Part shown: positions 36,001 through 49,109 of the stretch, in pieces
Layout of the letters: each line of letters opens with the position of its first letter
Position numbering within the stretch: position 1 is the first letter of the stretch
DNA from: Takakia lepidozioides
Lineage: Eukaryota > Plantae > Bryophyta
NCBI GenBank assembly: GCA_030704615.1
Contig: CM060731.1
Coordinates: forward strand, 65,410,001-65,474,000
Reading direction: 5' to 3'
DNA length: 64,000 nt
Made by a program: the position numbers and the translations under genes
Notes under the pieces: generated by a model
What the model was told of the DNA's origin: nothing
Seen by the model: the letters and a program-made list of their open reading frames with translations, nothing else
The model's database searches: none

Positions 36001-38425
36001 ATTGCACACGACTGGCATCTGACATGGTACTTCTTTCGACGCAAAGCGTCCTGAATATGTATTTCGGAGACTGAACTTCAGATACCCAACTCTCCTTGTC
36101 TTTTAGTGCAGCCTTAGCAGAAAGGTGGACGGGTAAGAAAGAGTTAGACGTAGGGTTATTCTTGTGGATTTGCGACTCTTATGTGGCATGAACGTGATTG
36201 AATCTGAAGGCCGCGTTCGATCCACCCTCACCGCACGCTTTACGGGTGATGGAATGTACAAAAGCGGTAGCGACGATCTTGCAGAAAAACTTTCTTGCAA
36301 GGTTTGTAGCTTCGAAGGGCAGTGTGGGTGAGGGAGTGATTCCAAGCTTCGCAAGTAGAAAAATTCATAACACATATTTTGGTGTTATAATCATTCAAAA
36401 GCGTTCTGTGCTGCGGTTGTTCTTCTGTTCACTGCAGTTTGCATCGTTGTCGTCTGAGTTTGAGCTCGGCCTTTGATTTCGCAGTCAGCTCCCGGGAAAG
36501 GAAACGAACATATAAATTTACGTCAGCATCTTGAAGTGCTCCTGCAATGGGAAAGGTCTCCCATGATCCCCCATCCACCAACGTACTCCTGCTGAAATCA
36601 ATCTGGTTAATCAAGCATAGACAACTTAGAATGAAAGCGTCAGCTCACCATCCCAAATTGACAATGGCAGGAAGCGTGCAGTGAGAGAAGAGGATGGGCA
36701 ATTGCAATTTCGTGACCTGATCTTTTCAATGTTGAATGTGCGTTGTGGGATACATGTGGGTTCTCACAAAGAAACAGCATTGAAAGAATGCTTCAAGCGC
36801 ATTGGGATTCGGTGCATGACGACATAGACTGTCTTTCAATAGAGGGTAAGGATGGACCAGAGAAACTGTGACTTCAGACTGCAGAACAGGTTAGGCCATA
36901 TATCAAGATTACAGAACTCAGGGCACCGCTGGCAGGCGCTGACAGCTGCAATGTATTAGGAGAGTCGCTCCCTGAAGCTTTTGAACCAAAGAAAAAGTTA
37001 TAACAAAAGGCACAATTCCAGCACTTGTAAGCCACAAAGACTGCCTACTGTAAGACATTTGAGGACTTCCTTGAAACAGCCCTAGTAGTGGAGGATGTTG
37101 TGGTTGTAAGGACCAGAAAGTTTCTATTGTTGGCCACTTGGAGAGGAGATGATGGCTAAAGATTTGTTGTTCTGCGGAGAATTCAAGCATAGTATTGTGC
37201 ACCAAACTGAATGCAATTTGGAGGCACTACTAGAAAGCTTAGATGATGGAGGACACCCATAGATTTGTGTACAGGCATGTCACGATTACTGAGATGTGTT
37301 TTCCACATGTAGGTAGCAAGAGTTTATACTTTGGCAGGGATGATATCTGAGTTGCTTTATGTTAAATCGTTATGCAATTATTTTCTCTGAGCATTTGGAT
37401 TGGGAGCCATAGCAACCAAGATCCACTCATGTTTGCAGCTTGGGTCATGTCTAGCACATAAAAAGACGGTATAGAACTAGTCAAAGCCATTTTCAATTTC
37501 AGAGATCAAGAGAGCAAGGACCAAGCCCATTGGTCCCCTGATCTCAAATATGTAAATCAGACTACAATGTGGTGCTGGTGCTCCCAACACTCAAACAATA
37601 AGAAACTATCATGGGCAGTGGCCACTCACAATGGAAGTTGCTTGAAATCTTCTTCTGCTGACCCAAAATCGTGGTCAGTTTCAATGGCTGTAACCAAGTA
37701 TGTCCGAATCCCCTTTCCAACATTAGGTTGGCTAGTTGTAGAGTGCTCCATGAAGCACACCCATAGGGATGCTAATGTGTTGGGAGGATTCCAACCTGGA
37801 CAATTAGCAATTTCAACTGCTGAAGAGACACCAACCAATAATCATCCCTTCATCAATTCCCCGGACTCTGCCAGCAACCGCATCAACTTGTCACCACTAA
37901 ATCACTCTAATGTCAGACCTCGCATCCTCATCCCTTCCGAAGCGGCCAATGTTCGCAGGACATGTGGTACCCTTCGTAACAATGGATGCCTACAATCACC
38001 ATGCTGCTTTCATGGGGGCCAACCCACCGGACTCCAAAGTGATCGGGGGTAATATTCAAGACAGGTTTGTTGAGACTCCTGTGCAATCAGGAAGTTGGAT
38101 GGTTCTCAGTCAGCTAGCGGCAACAGATCTCTTTGATAAATTGTAGTTGTCATGCACATCTGGTTGAACCCACTATAGTAAAGTGGGTGTCACTCTTCAA
38201 CTACCCAAAGTGTGGGTTGGCAGACAGTCACCCTTCATGTAAATAAATGTCAACAATAAATTTCCAATGACGGAGAACGCACCTGGACCTTCAGGACCTC
38301 TCTTTGGTCTGATAGGACCGTACGTCTGACTGTACAAATGGATGGTAGTACATAAACCAGCAAGATAATGGCCCGAACAACCATGATGCAGCCATGATGC
38401 AGAACACCTAAGCACGTTGCATGTG

Positions 38426-41400
38426 CTACAATAAGCTCCCATTTGTGGCTTTCCTGGGCTTGCCGGGAACATCCAGGTTGGAATTAAGCAAAGATTTCCC
38501 TTTGAGAAATTCAGTGTCTGTGGCCATTATATTGTCTTCAGTCCTAAGGTAGACACCAAGGTAGTTGAGATGATCCGAAATGCTGTTGCCTTTGACTGAC
38601 CTGCACCGTTCCCATAGCCAACAGGCAACATAAATATCAGGATTCATAAGACTCGAAATGAATGTGAGAACCACAAATAAGCACACTATGCCTGCTCTTC
38701 TCCCCTTAATTCCCTGCCGTCCACCCCTCGTCTGTTACTCTGCAGGTAGCCCTTGAGCTAGATAGTAGTCCGCAGAGTAACAAAATAGTAATTTCATCTG
38801 GAAAACCCGCAATGGTCTGTACAGGCGTGCCCAAGCAACCTTCTCAGATGGAACACTCCAACCCCAGTAGAGGAATTAAATGGTCTTTTGAAGCTGTAGA
38901 AACAGACTGAAATCTTCCAAAAATCCATTGTTCACATAATGAATTCAATGTCAGTGATAGTGCTCCTGTTCTCTAAATGGAACATTGTTTGCATTCTTTC
39001 AGCAACCTTTCAGTAGAGGTACACCCATGGTTTTTGACTGACTAGAAGGGAGTGTTGAGAGGGAAAGAGAAAGAGGAAGATAGAATGCCAAGTGGAAGAG
39101 ATGAAAGAAAGCCGACCTGCTACAGGTAGGGTCCTCCCCAGAACTGTCACAAACCCGCTCAAACTCATACTGCAGACGACCCACAGCAATCTTGAAGAGC
39201 CACACCTGCATCAACTTTGATGCATCAATCTCTATTCACGTATACTCAACAGTCTAACCCAGATAATATTAAGCTGGATGTCAACCCTGTGCATCAAGCA
39301 AGCAAAATTTAGAATATGTCAGTCGAATACATGATACATGAAGCACACAATATATGTATGAATACATAACTGTACTCATGCAAGGACAGACTGATTGCAC
39401 TATTGACAAACAAAGCCCCTGAAGCAAAAACCAAACCAACCTACCAAGTGTGAACAAAGAACATCAGCAACAAAATTGCATATAGCCAGTAGCATCTCAA
39501 TATATGACAAGATTGAGACTCTCCAACTGAATAGACACATTCATGTTCCTAGAAAAACATTCTTTAAAAAAGGTCCACACTTCTGCCAAATTTAGCATAA
39601 GCTCTGAACATACAGAAATGATTGACCGCCACACACACATACCTCAGTTGCAAAATGATGGTAGGAACGTGGGCCTATCAGAGTGTAATAGGGAGGCAGA
39701 TGTGGCACCAGATCGTTGGCATGTGTCATTCGAATAGTCCGAGGGACAAGCTCATTGTAATATACTGCAAACACAGAGTTCCCAATTCGTGGCTGCCCAA
39801 ATGTGATAATCTCAATGTCTTGAACACCATAGTTCGCCTGCAAGGAAGCACTATTGTTTAGGGAGTAGAAGATGACAGAGAGTATTGTCCCTTCCTTCGA
39901 CCAGTATCACTACTGATACCAGTTATTTGGCTTAGACCAACAGGTTAGGACCCAGTCAAATCTCTATGAGCCAGGACTTGCTTAAACCCTTTGTGCCTGC
40001 AAAAGTATTTTGTTGAGCAAAGGGACCTGCTTCTCATTTTGGAGCTAGTTCACAATTCAGCAAGCTTGACTGATTGTCTGATGACAAGAAAGTTTTGAGC
40101 CCTTGCAAGCCTGGGATGAGGGAGATGACCAAACGTACAGCGAGATCAAGTGCACAAAAGGAAGCCATAGCCCCTCCCATTGAGTGGCCTGTGACCAGAA
40201 GTGGAGCCCATCCCTTTCCTGTTGTATAGCTTGAACAGCAGTGAGTATGCTGTCACGAACTGTGGTGTTGTGATATGCTGAATAGAACCCTTGATGTACC
40301 TGGCCACAACATAGATCACAAGTCAAGATCATGAATTGCAAGTCGTCATGGAAAACAAGACTGCGGTTGGGGCCACGCCGTACGTTTGCTAGCTCCATGC
40401 CACCCATATGCTCGGTGATTCCCGTTCATAGGGAGTACCTAAAGTCCAATCTGGCTGGGCAGAGACAGGATTTCGGGTTTAGAGACTCAGTGTTTGGTGA
40501 CTAATCAAAACCTTCAATCTGTACAGTCCTAGATGTCAAGTCATACACATTAAAAAGTAATCTGTAGTTTGGATATCATGCCTAAAAGCTTGTCTGGCAT
40601 GCAGGAGAGAAGGTGAATAATGCCCTCCATAGCATCAGTGACACCCGGATAATTGAGATCAAGCTGTCTAAAGTACAAGTCCTCAGCCCAATTCTGCACA
40701 CTACCAGATATCCCCACCAGTAATCTGCGCGTTAGCCAACTCTCTTCTAAGCATGCAGATCTTTCTGGATACCACTGGACAAGCATCTGTTTAACAACAT
40801 CTCTTAACAATAAAATGTGAAAAAAATCATGATTCAGGAGGGGAAAGGGGAGGAAGGAGTAGGAGGGAAGGAACAGAACGAGTGCCATATATTTAGTTGT
40901 GAACACACACCTAACTGCCACACCTTGAAATCCTCCTCTACAACTATCAACCTGTGACAGAGGGAAGACAAAACTGATCATATCAACCACTAACAACAAC
41001 TGAATGTAGTTTTGCAACTCTTTTGTTCCTAAATTCACCATCATCAAGGGAATACCTGCTTTCTTGGGTGCCACGAAATGCTATCACAATTGCATTCAAA
41101 TTCTCCGCCACTCCAACAAAGGCCTGCATTTAACCAGTAATTATCTTTTGGTATTGACCGACCCCTGATCTAAATCACCAAGCTTCTGTCTGTCTTCCTT
41201 CCCACCATGCTCCGAAAGACACGTTGTCTACTGCTTGCACTCCAGCTCCGTTATTCACATTTATCTTGGTTGGAATATTTGAATTGCGATGCACATAGAT
41301 GAAGTTCCAGCAAGCCTATGCATAAAATTATAGTGCGTTACTTTCCTACCCGAAGAACAATTCATGCGAAATTTCCCCTCCCAACGAGTTGATCTCTCCT

Positions 41401-42795
41401 CCATGAGCCAAAGGCAAAACTCGCTGCAAGAGAGGATTAGCAAAGAGTAGCAGTTCAAGCATGCTGTTGCACACCTGGAGGCAATGTTGAACATCCACAA
41501 CAAGAGTATGAATCTTGAATCCCTGCCATAATGTATTAACACAGATCCAACTCCAGATTCATCAATGAACCCTCCGGAAAGTAAGTAGACCTCCTGATGT
41601 GTGCAAGTAGGCCCATCCATTTACAAGCTCTTAAACACAGTTCAATCAGCAGCGGAGTATGACCATCATGATATCATGTCCATTGACAATCTGATTTTCC
41701 TTTTTGCAAATTGTAATTCATTCGTTTGGTCCAGTGAAGAAACAATACACCCACAGTGTACACAGAATCACAATACTCCCTTTCATAGTTTCCAACTTTC
41801 CCTCCTTCTCATAACTCATAAGCGAAGTTCACTGGACTGGGTAATAGCACAGCATCCCAAGATTTCCGGTCCACGCCTTCTCACCCAGCCTTGCGAAGTT
41901 TGACAATAAATATGTTCAAACCACAAAAACCATGGCCACAAATGAACCACAAATTGCACACGACAGGCCCACCTTGGTCAAATCTTCACATCGTGAGCAG
42001 CTCCAAGAGAGCAGTGCAAGCTCATCTTCTATGTAGACCTATCCAAAACATTTGCCACTTTGTCAGGAGACACAAACCATATCAAAAGATTCATAATTAG
42101 TCGAAAGGAACAATAGCACAAAAAACAGGAATGGGGCCCTTACCGCCGATGCATACTCCACAAGGATGAGAGCCATGGTTCTATTATACCGACAGCCATT
42201 TGACATCTTTGTGACCACTTCCACTTCTGCAGAGTCAAACCATTTCCTACTGGACATTAGTGCTGGGCAAATGTGCATTGTATCACCTATGTGTGATAAC
42301 TATGGGCTGCAGACAGTTTTCCTCCAAACCATACCACTGTCTAAATTGGACATGTATTTCACTTTCTTGTTCCCCTACTACAGATCATGTTGGAAGCATA
42401 GCCGATCCCTGTGGAAGAACCAAGCCCTATGAGGAAAGCATACTTAAGACATCTGTTTTCAGTGAAGGCAGCCTCTGATTGTTAGGTTTACTGCAAGGTC
42501 ACCAGGCCCAAGTATGGAAATCTGCCTCCCTGGTTATTATGAAATGCTCCTAGCTGCCCAGCAGACACAACCTGGTGTATCTCTCTCCACACTTTGCAGA
42601 GTTTTGTTGTGATAATTTTTCAACTAAGGATATCATCATCCCCATCAGCTTTTGCAAGAGACAGGAATCCCAGAGAAGAGGAGTCATTAACCTGTCTCGG
42701 CATCTGCTGTTAGCAGCTGACGAGGCTGGAGCAAGGAGCAGAAGCAAGCTTATTGCTGCCCCAACCATGACTAACCCTCCTCACAGCCCCTCCAT
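38426..42795 (-). CDS. Class 3 lipase, copy 2 (apparent 1-bp indels)
   Basis: Same exons as copy 1, with an intact SVKGNSISDHLNYLGV last exon. Indels in exon 1 and just before GHSMGG. Confidence 0.88.
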
Positions 42796-42941
42796 TCTCC
42801 AATCTGTTCTTCGCTCACGAATGAGAAGGCGACCAGGCACAAGAATTATATGATGAGGCAAAGGATAACTGAGACCTGATCCCACAAGCTCTCCTTTTAC
42901 AGTGGGGCCCAATCACTGATCCCAGAATTCGAATCCCGGAT

Positions 42942-42980
<39 letters not shown>

Positions 42981-43679
42981 TCTGAGCACTGGGGTAAACT
43001 GGACACAACGAAGTCGTGCCAATCGGATGACCACTGTGCCACTTCAGATACGCAGACAGTACAAATGTCCTTCCTGACGATGTATCCAACTGGTGATCCC
43101 TACAACAATTTTCTCTGTGCCCCAATTAAGGTGGAACTACTGAGCCCAAATAAACACGGAAACTCTTCAGCTCATGCTTCCTCTCCGTGCATAATTTCAA
43201 CAACCTATATACAGAAAAAGCACACACGCACATACACACTCACCCTTACCTCATATGCATGCCCAAGCTGAGCATATTCCAAAGAGACGGCGTCTCAAAA
43301 GCCACCCCGCCAATTCAGCACAGAAGCCCGCAAAACTTTGCAACCACGATGCTTCATGCTCTGCCAATTCTGAACTCACGCCTTCCTACAATCCATCCGC
43401 TCTCACATTGCCTACCCATCCCGCTTCCGTGTAGCAGATGCATAGCGTACGGGCCACAGCGAGTGAGAAGAAAGTAATTGTCGAGGAACGATGGTATCTC
43501 GCAGCAGCTGGGCTCTCGCAAATTCTCCACTGTTTCCTCGTCTTCATGTTCCTGTCGAGCCGACGGAAGCAAAGCTAATTCAGGGGGGGAAAGCGTCGAT
43601 TCTCCATTATGTTTTCCTGTCTATAGATTTAGCTGATAAAGTAAATATATAGAGAGCGGTTAGTATATAGGTCTATATG

Positions 43680-43752
43680 GCGGGGATAGCTCAGTTGGGA
43701 AAGCGTCAGACTGAAGATCTGAAGATCGCGTGTTCGATCCACGCTCGCCGCA
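43680..43752 (+). tRNA. trnF-GAA: tRNA-Phe(GAA) variant, copy 2
   Basis: 73 nt, GCGGGGA...CGCTCGCCGCA, anticodon GAA, downstream T-run. Confidence 0.9.
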
Positions 43753-45178
43753 CGTTATTTTAATACTTTTTTTGATGTGAACATTCCAATATTCAATGAA
43801 GGGGTGTTGCCTGAGAGTCAACTAGGTGTTCATTGAGTTCGTAGCAAAGTGCTAGTAGGCTTTCCTTTTAAGGGGGAGGCTGGTTTTTGAATTAGGAGGG
43901 TATTCCCCATGCAGAGTGCTGCTACCAGGCTTTTCTTTAAGGGGAGGGCTGTCTTAGAGTCAAGAAATAGTGAATGAAATGGGTTGTTATTGCGGTAGGA
44001 GGTTATGTGTGTGCTAGGTAGTAGTCATTTGTTAAAAAATGAGAGGTTGTAATCGTGAAGTACAATGCTAATCTTTTCTTGCTTGGTCTCAGCAAGTGGT
44101 CACTGATACAATTTGCCACACTTCTTGATCTGGAATCTTCACGTCGGTAAATCGCAACAGTCAGAGACAAAGTCTACCTCTCCTCTCTCTCTCTCTCGTT
44201 AGAACTGGAGTTTTGCTGTAAGAGTTGGCTGGTTTCCATGACTGCCTCACGTGAAGTTCCCTAAGTTCTCGTCTGATGTATCTATGGTGGTCCTATAGAG
44301 CGGTTCGAATTTCAAGTGAGTTTGGACCTTTGACTCTTGATTCTTATGGCGTCGCCAGTTTATGTCCCGGATGGAATTTCCACTCCGTCCGTATTTTGTG
44401 CAGTAGGGAAGCAACGAGACCTTTAGAAAGTGAATTCCACTGTGCTTTTCCACTGAGCGCGAAAGAGAGCGCCAACGCCGGTGAAGGCTGTCCTTTGGCT
44501 TTTCGGGTGTGCGATCGTATCTAGAGGGCGAGAGAGACAAAGAGAAGGAAGTGAAAAGTACGATGAGCGGCGTCGCCGCCAGACCTCGGCAAGGCCTGCA
44601 GCGCCACCAAGTTAGTGGAGGTGTTGGCAATAGCGACAGCGGTAGCAGCGCTAAGCGAGCAAGCGGACGTTGTGCAACAGTGGGCCCCACGCCGGTCAGG
44701 CGGCCTCGATCGGCTCGTCCCCCAGCTTGTTCAGCCCCGACGCCGTACAGGCAGCCAGCTCCAGCCCTCACCACAACCCCTTTACTGCCTACTCCACCAT
44801 CCCTGACAGTTCGCTCCCCAGAGCAACGAGAGGTGCTGAACACAGCCGCAAACTGCTCCTGCTAGAAGACCTGCTCCTCTTGGAAGACCCCAACGCCAAT
44901 GTACCCCTACCCCTAGCTCACATGTTCCTGATGCGCACCAGAGTCCAAGCTCCAGACGCCAAGTTCAAGAAGAGTCGTCCTCTTCACAACGGTCTTCTCC
45001 ACCGCTGATTCCAGGTTCTTATCTCCAATCTGTGCGATTTGCTGGAGTAGGGCGTCTTCAGTGTGGGAGGGGAGCAGCGCCCAGAATGCATTGGAAACAA
45101 TTCACATCTCAGAATTAGCAAAACAAGATCACCTGCAGCTTCAGCTTCAGCTTCACCGACCGAAGAACTCCCACAGTG

Positions 45179-48100
45179 TGTCGCGGCCCTTTGCCTTGAG
45201 GGCAGGGGGTCGGGACACATGACCCCCAGCTCCAGCGATAGGTATGGGGGGCTGAAGCACCCTTGAGTGCCCAAGGCACTCAAGGAAGCGGAGGCGCTCA
45301 CTAGGTGGAGCCCCGCACACCGGGTTGCGGTGGGGGTGGCTCCACAAGGGGTGGCGGTAGCTTAGTGGGACTTAGTTGGGGTGGTATAGGACTCACCATG
45401 GGGGCGGAGACCTCGTGGTGGGAGTCGTGGGGAGTCTTGGGACTCATCACGGTCCATAGGGGCCGTGGTGAGCGGGCCAAGACTCACCGCGACTCACCAC
45501 CGAGAATCGAGGGTCTTTGTGGTGGTTCGCCATAAAATGGCATGGCTGGTTGTGAAACCCCGCGGACAGCTACAGAAGTATATATAGGGAGTAGTAACCC
45601 CGAGAACGGTGCAAGCCCGTTGGTGTCCAAAAACTAGTGAGTAAGCAAGCGAGCCGGAAAGCGACCAAAGAGGGGGGATGTTCCGGACTGCCATCTACCA
45701 AAGGGAATTCCACTAGGCCCCAATAGGTGGAGGGTCTTTCGGGAGAGCGAAGGGGGGACCGTTATGTCCCGGTGAGCAGCCGAAGCTCTGAGTTGGCCCG
45801 GCGCCACTATGTTGGTTCCAACCCAGTGAAGGTGTTCACGGACAATGTCACAGTGAAGTATTTTGCCACGCAGCCCAAGTTGTCCCCAAAACAACTTAGG
45901 TGGTAAGATACTTTGGCGGTGTTCGACGTGGATATCCAGTACAAACCGGACGGGACAATGTGGTGGCCGATGCTTTAAGTAGAAAGCAGCAGCTCTTGTT
46001 GGTGTACAAGGGCGAGTCGGCACTCCAAAGGAAGATCCGGAAGGCTTGCCGGAAGGATGAGCTGGCGAAGTCCGTGATGCAGGACTTGAGGATGGGGGTT
46101 AAATCGCAGTTCCACTTGCAAAATGGACTGCTCCGGTATAAGCAAAAACGTCTCTATGTGCCAAAGGGAGGGATCAGAGATAGCCTTTTGAGAGAATGTC
46201 ATGATAGCCCACTTGCGGGCCACGGCGGAGCCAAGCGCACTGCGGCACTCTTGAAGAAAGGGTATTTCTGGCCCAAACTGAGGGAGGAGGCAGAGGAGTA
46301 TGTCAAGACATGCACCACATGCCAACAAAACCGGAGCGAGTACAAAAAGCAAGCGGGGCTGTTACAACCCTTGCCGATTCCAGAGGGGACTTGGGAAAGC
46401 GTCTCGATGGATTTCATGACTGCTATGCCGCTGTCAAAAGGATTCGATGCAATCATGGTGGTGGTGGATAGGTTCAGTAAAATGGGCCATTTTATCCCCA
46501 CCAAGGAGACGGCAACGGCGCAGGAGACAGGGCGACTTTACTTCGCCCACGTCTTAAAGCATCATGGAGTCCCGAAGGATATTGTCTCGGACCGCGATCC
46601 AAAGTTTACGAGTAAATTCTGGAGAGCACTTTGGAAGAAGATGGGACGAGGCTGAAGATGAGCACCGCCTTCCGACCTACGACGGACGGCCAAACGGAAA
46701 GAGTGAATTCCGTAGTGAAGCAATTCTTGCGGAATTACGTGTCGGCAGACCAATCAGACTGGATGGAACACTTAGACGCAGCAGAGTTCTGTTATAATAA
46801 CACAGAACACTCCGCAACGGGAGTTTCCCCTTTCGTATTGGTCTATGGAAAAGCACCTCTGGTGCCGACAAGTTGGGCCGCCCAGGACGTTGAGGAACCG
46901 GCAGTAGCGGCGGTACTGGAAGAACGCGAGCGTTTGTTGAAGCTCGCAAAGTACAATATTGCCAAAGCTAGGAAACGGTATGAAAGGCAGGCGAATCGGA
47001 GCGGAGGGAAGTGAAGTTTGAGGCAGGCACAGAGGTCTGGTTGAACATCAAGAATTTCCGACTACCTCCGGAAGTGAGTCCGAAGTTCGTACCTCCGTAT
47101 GCGGGACCCTTTTGCATTCGGAAGGTTATGAATGAGGATGTGTATGAATTGGAGCTGCCAGCAAACAGCAAGGTGCACCCAGTATTCCATGTCTCCCTTT
47201 TGAAACCTTACTTCAAAGATGAAGCGCGTCCGAATCGGCATCAAGTGTTGCGTCCGCCACCTATGCTGTTGGATCATGAAAATGAACCTGAGTACGAGGT
47301 GGAGGCAATACTTAAGTTGAGGAGGTTCAGGAACCGAGAAACAGAGTATCTCGTCAAATGGAAGGGCTATCATCATGTGGAGGCACCTTGGGTGCGTGCC
47401 TCAGAAATGGGAAACGCATCCGAGGCGGTTGCAGCTTTCGAAGGGCGACCTCAAAAGCGGAAGAAGCGTTGATGGGGACATCAACCTTGGAGCGTGGGGG
47501 AGGAAATGCATGCTTAGCCCGGTTTAGCTAGCTCAGGAATCCGATTGCAAAAACTTGTATTCTACAAAATTTGTTATAAAGGAAATGGGTTCCAAATATT
47601 GTGCGTCCTATTGTGTTTGGAATGGTGATACATGGTGTGGTTGGCTAGTGTGTAGAATGCATGCTAGCTTACAAAATGGGAGAGGTAAATTGGGTTAATC
47701 GTGTGTTTGCGCAGTGCCGAAATCGGGTGACTCCCATCCAAGGGGCAAGGAAACTTGCGCCTTCTTTGGGAGTTCACGTGCTAGTGCGCACCTGGCGCGT
47801 GCGCGTACTATAACTGCACTACCGAGGGGTTGCCTTGTAGTGCGGGCTAACGCGGAAGCTACGTGCTTCCGTTCACGTACTATAATCGTGTAGCCTCGGG
47901 ACGAAGTCGTAGTGCGGCTTCGGCGTGTTCCCGTACCTCAGGCCAACATTCCAAGGCGGACCCAATTGTAGTGATTGGGGCGCACGGTTGGTTCAAGGTT
48001 ATCTTCCTAGTCAAAGAGGGTTCCAGGTGAACCCTTGCTCAAGGTGATGCCAAAAGCGGCATCATGAGCGATCGCAAGCAATGTTGTTGCAGTAAGGCGA

Positions 48101-49104
48101 TTCGATCCTCGGGGAGGATCGTTCCTTGGCCTTGAAGTAGGCCAAGAAGAGTGCACTGGGAGGGAGCTGGAGAGGCTCCACCCTTGGCCGGGACTTGGAT
48201 GAAGTCGGCCGAACTAGCTAGTGGAGAGTAGAGTCAAGTGTGGGGTTTGGTTCTTTGCCATGGGACGCCATGGTACAGAAACAAACTCCTTGATGTGGGA
48301 CGCCACAACTTGGATGTTCGTTTCTACAAAATGGACAAGTCGATGAGGACATCGACTCCCTGTTGGTAGGGGTGTGTGTCGCGGCCTTTTGCCTTGAGGG
48401 CAGGGGGTCGGGACACATGAGGGCTGCCCCTGTGGTGGGGGGGCAGCGGCAGCGATAGGTATGGGGGGCTGAAGCACCCTTGAGTGCCCAAGGCACTCAG
48501 GGAAGCGGAGGCGCTCACTAGGTGGAGCCCCGCACACCGGGTTGCGGTGGGGGTGGCTCCACAAGGGGTGGTGGTAGCTTAGTGGAACTTAGTGGGGGAG
48601 GTATAGGACTCACCATGGGGGCGGAGACCTCGTGGTGGGAGTCGTGGGGAGTCTTGGGACTCATCACGGTCCATAGGGGCCGTGGTGAGCGGGCCAAGAC
48701 TCACCGCGACTCACCACCGGGAATCGAGGGTCTTCGTGGTGGTTCGCCATAAAATGGCATGGCTGGTTGTGAAACCCCCGCGGACAGCTACAGAAGTATA
48801 TATAGGGAGTAGTAACCCCGAGAACGGTGCAAGCCCGTTGGTGTCCAAAAACTAGTGAGTAAGCAAGCGAGCCGGAAAGCGACCAAAGAGTGGGGAGCTG
48901 TTCCGGACTGCCATCTACCAAAGGGAATTCCACTAGGCCCAAATAGGTGGAGGGTCTTTCGGGAGAGCGAAGGGGGGACCGTTATGTCCCGATGAGCAGC
49001 CGAAGCTCCGAGTTGGCCCGGCGGCCAGGTTGGGAGTCAGGCGCGCGCATCAAAGCGAGTAACTATGACGTGAAGGGGAGCTTACCGAAGTGAGGTGCGC
49101 GACA
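45179..49104 (+). mobile_element. Ty3/gypsy chromovirus, internally deleted (no gag/PR/RT), 5-bp TSD CAGTG
   Basis: LTR termini TGTCGCG...CGCGACA. 5' LTR 45179-~45803 (3'-truncated); 3' LTR 48377-49104; purine-rich PPT before 48377; TSD at 45174-45178 and 49105-49109. Confidence 0.95.
45804..47472 (+). pseudogene. RNase H end, integrase and chromodomain
   Basis: HYVGSNPVKVFTDN...NVVADALSR; HDSPLAGHGG...CTTC; SMDFM, SDRDPKF, DGQTERVN; YAGPF, HPVFHVSLLKP; EYEVEAIL...EYLVKWKGY...W (chromodomain). Confidence 0.95.
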
Positions 49105-49109
49105 CAGTG

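Larger units (their letters stand above)
33667..45178 (+). repeat. Segmental duplication unit, copy 2 (begins in rearranged CRE 3' fragments, 33667-34060)
   Basis: Colinear with ~8235-19130; carries an extra ~250 bp at ~35960-36230. Confidence 0.95.
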
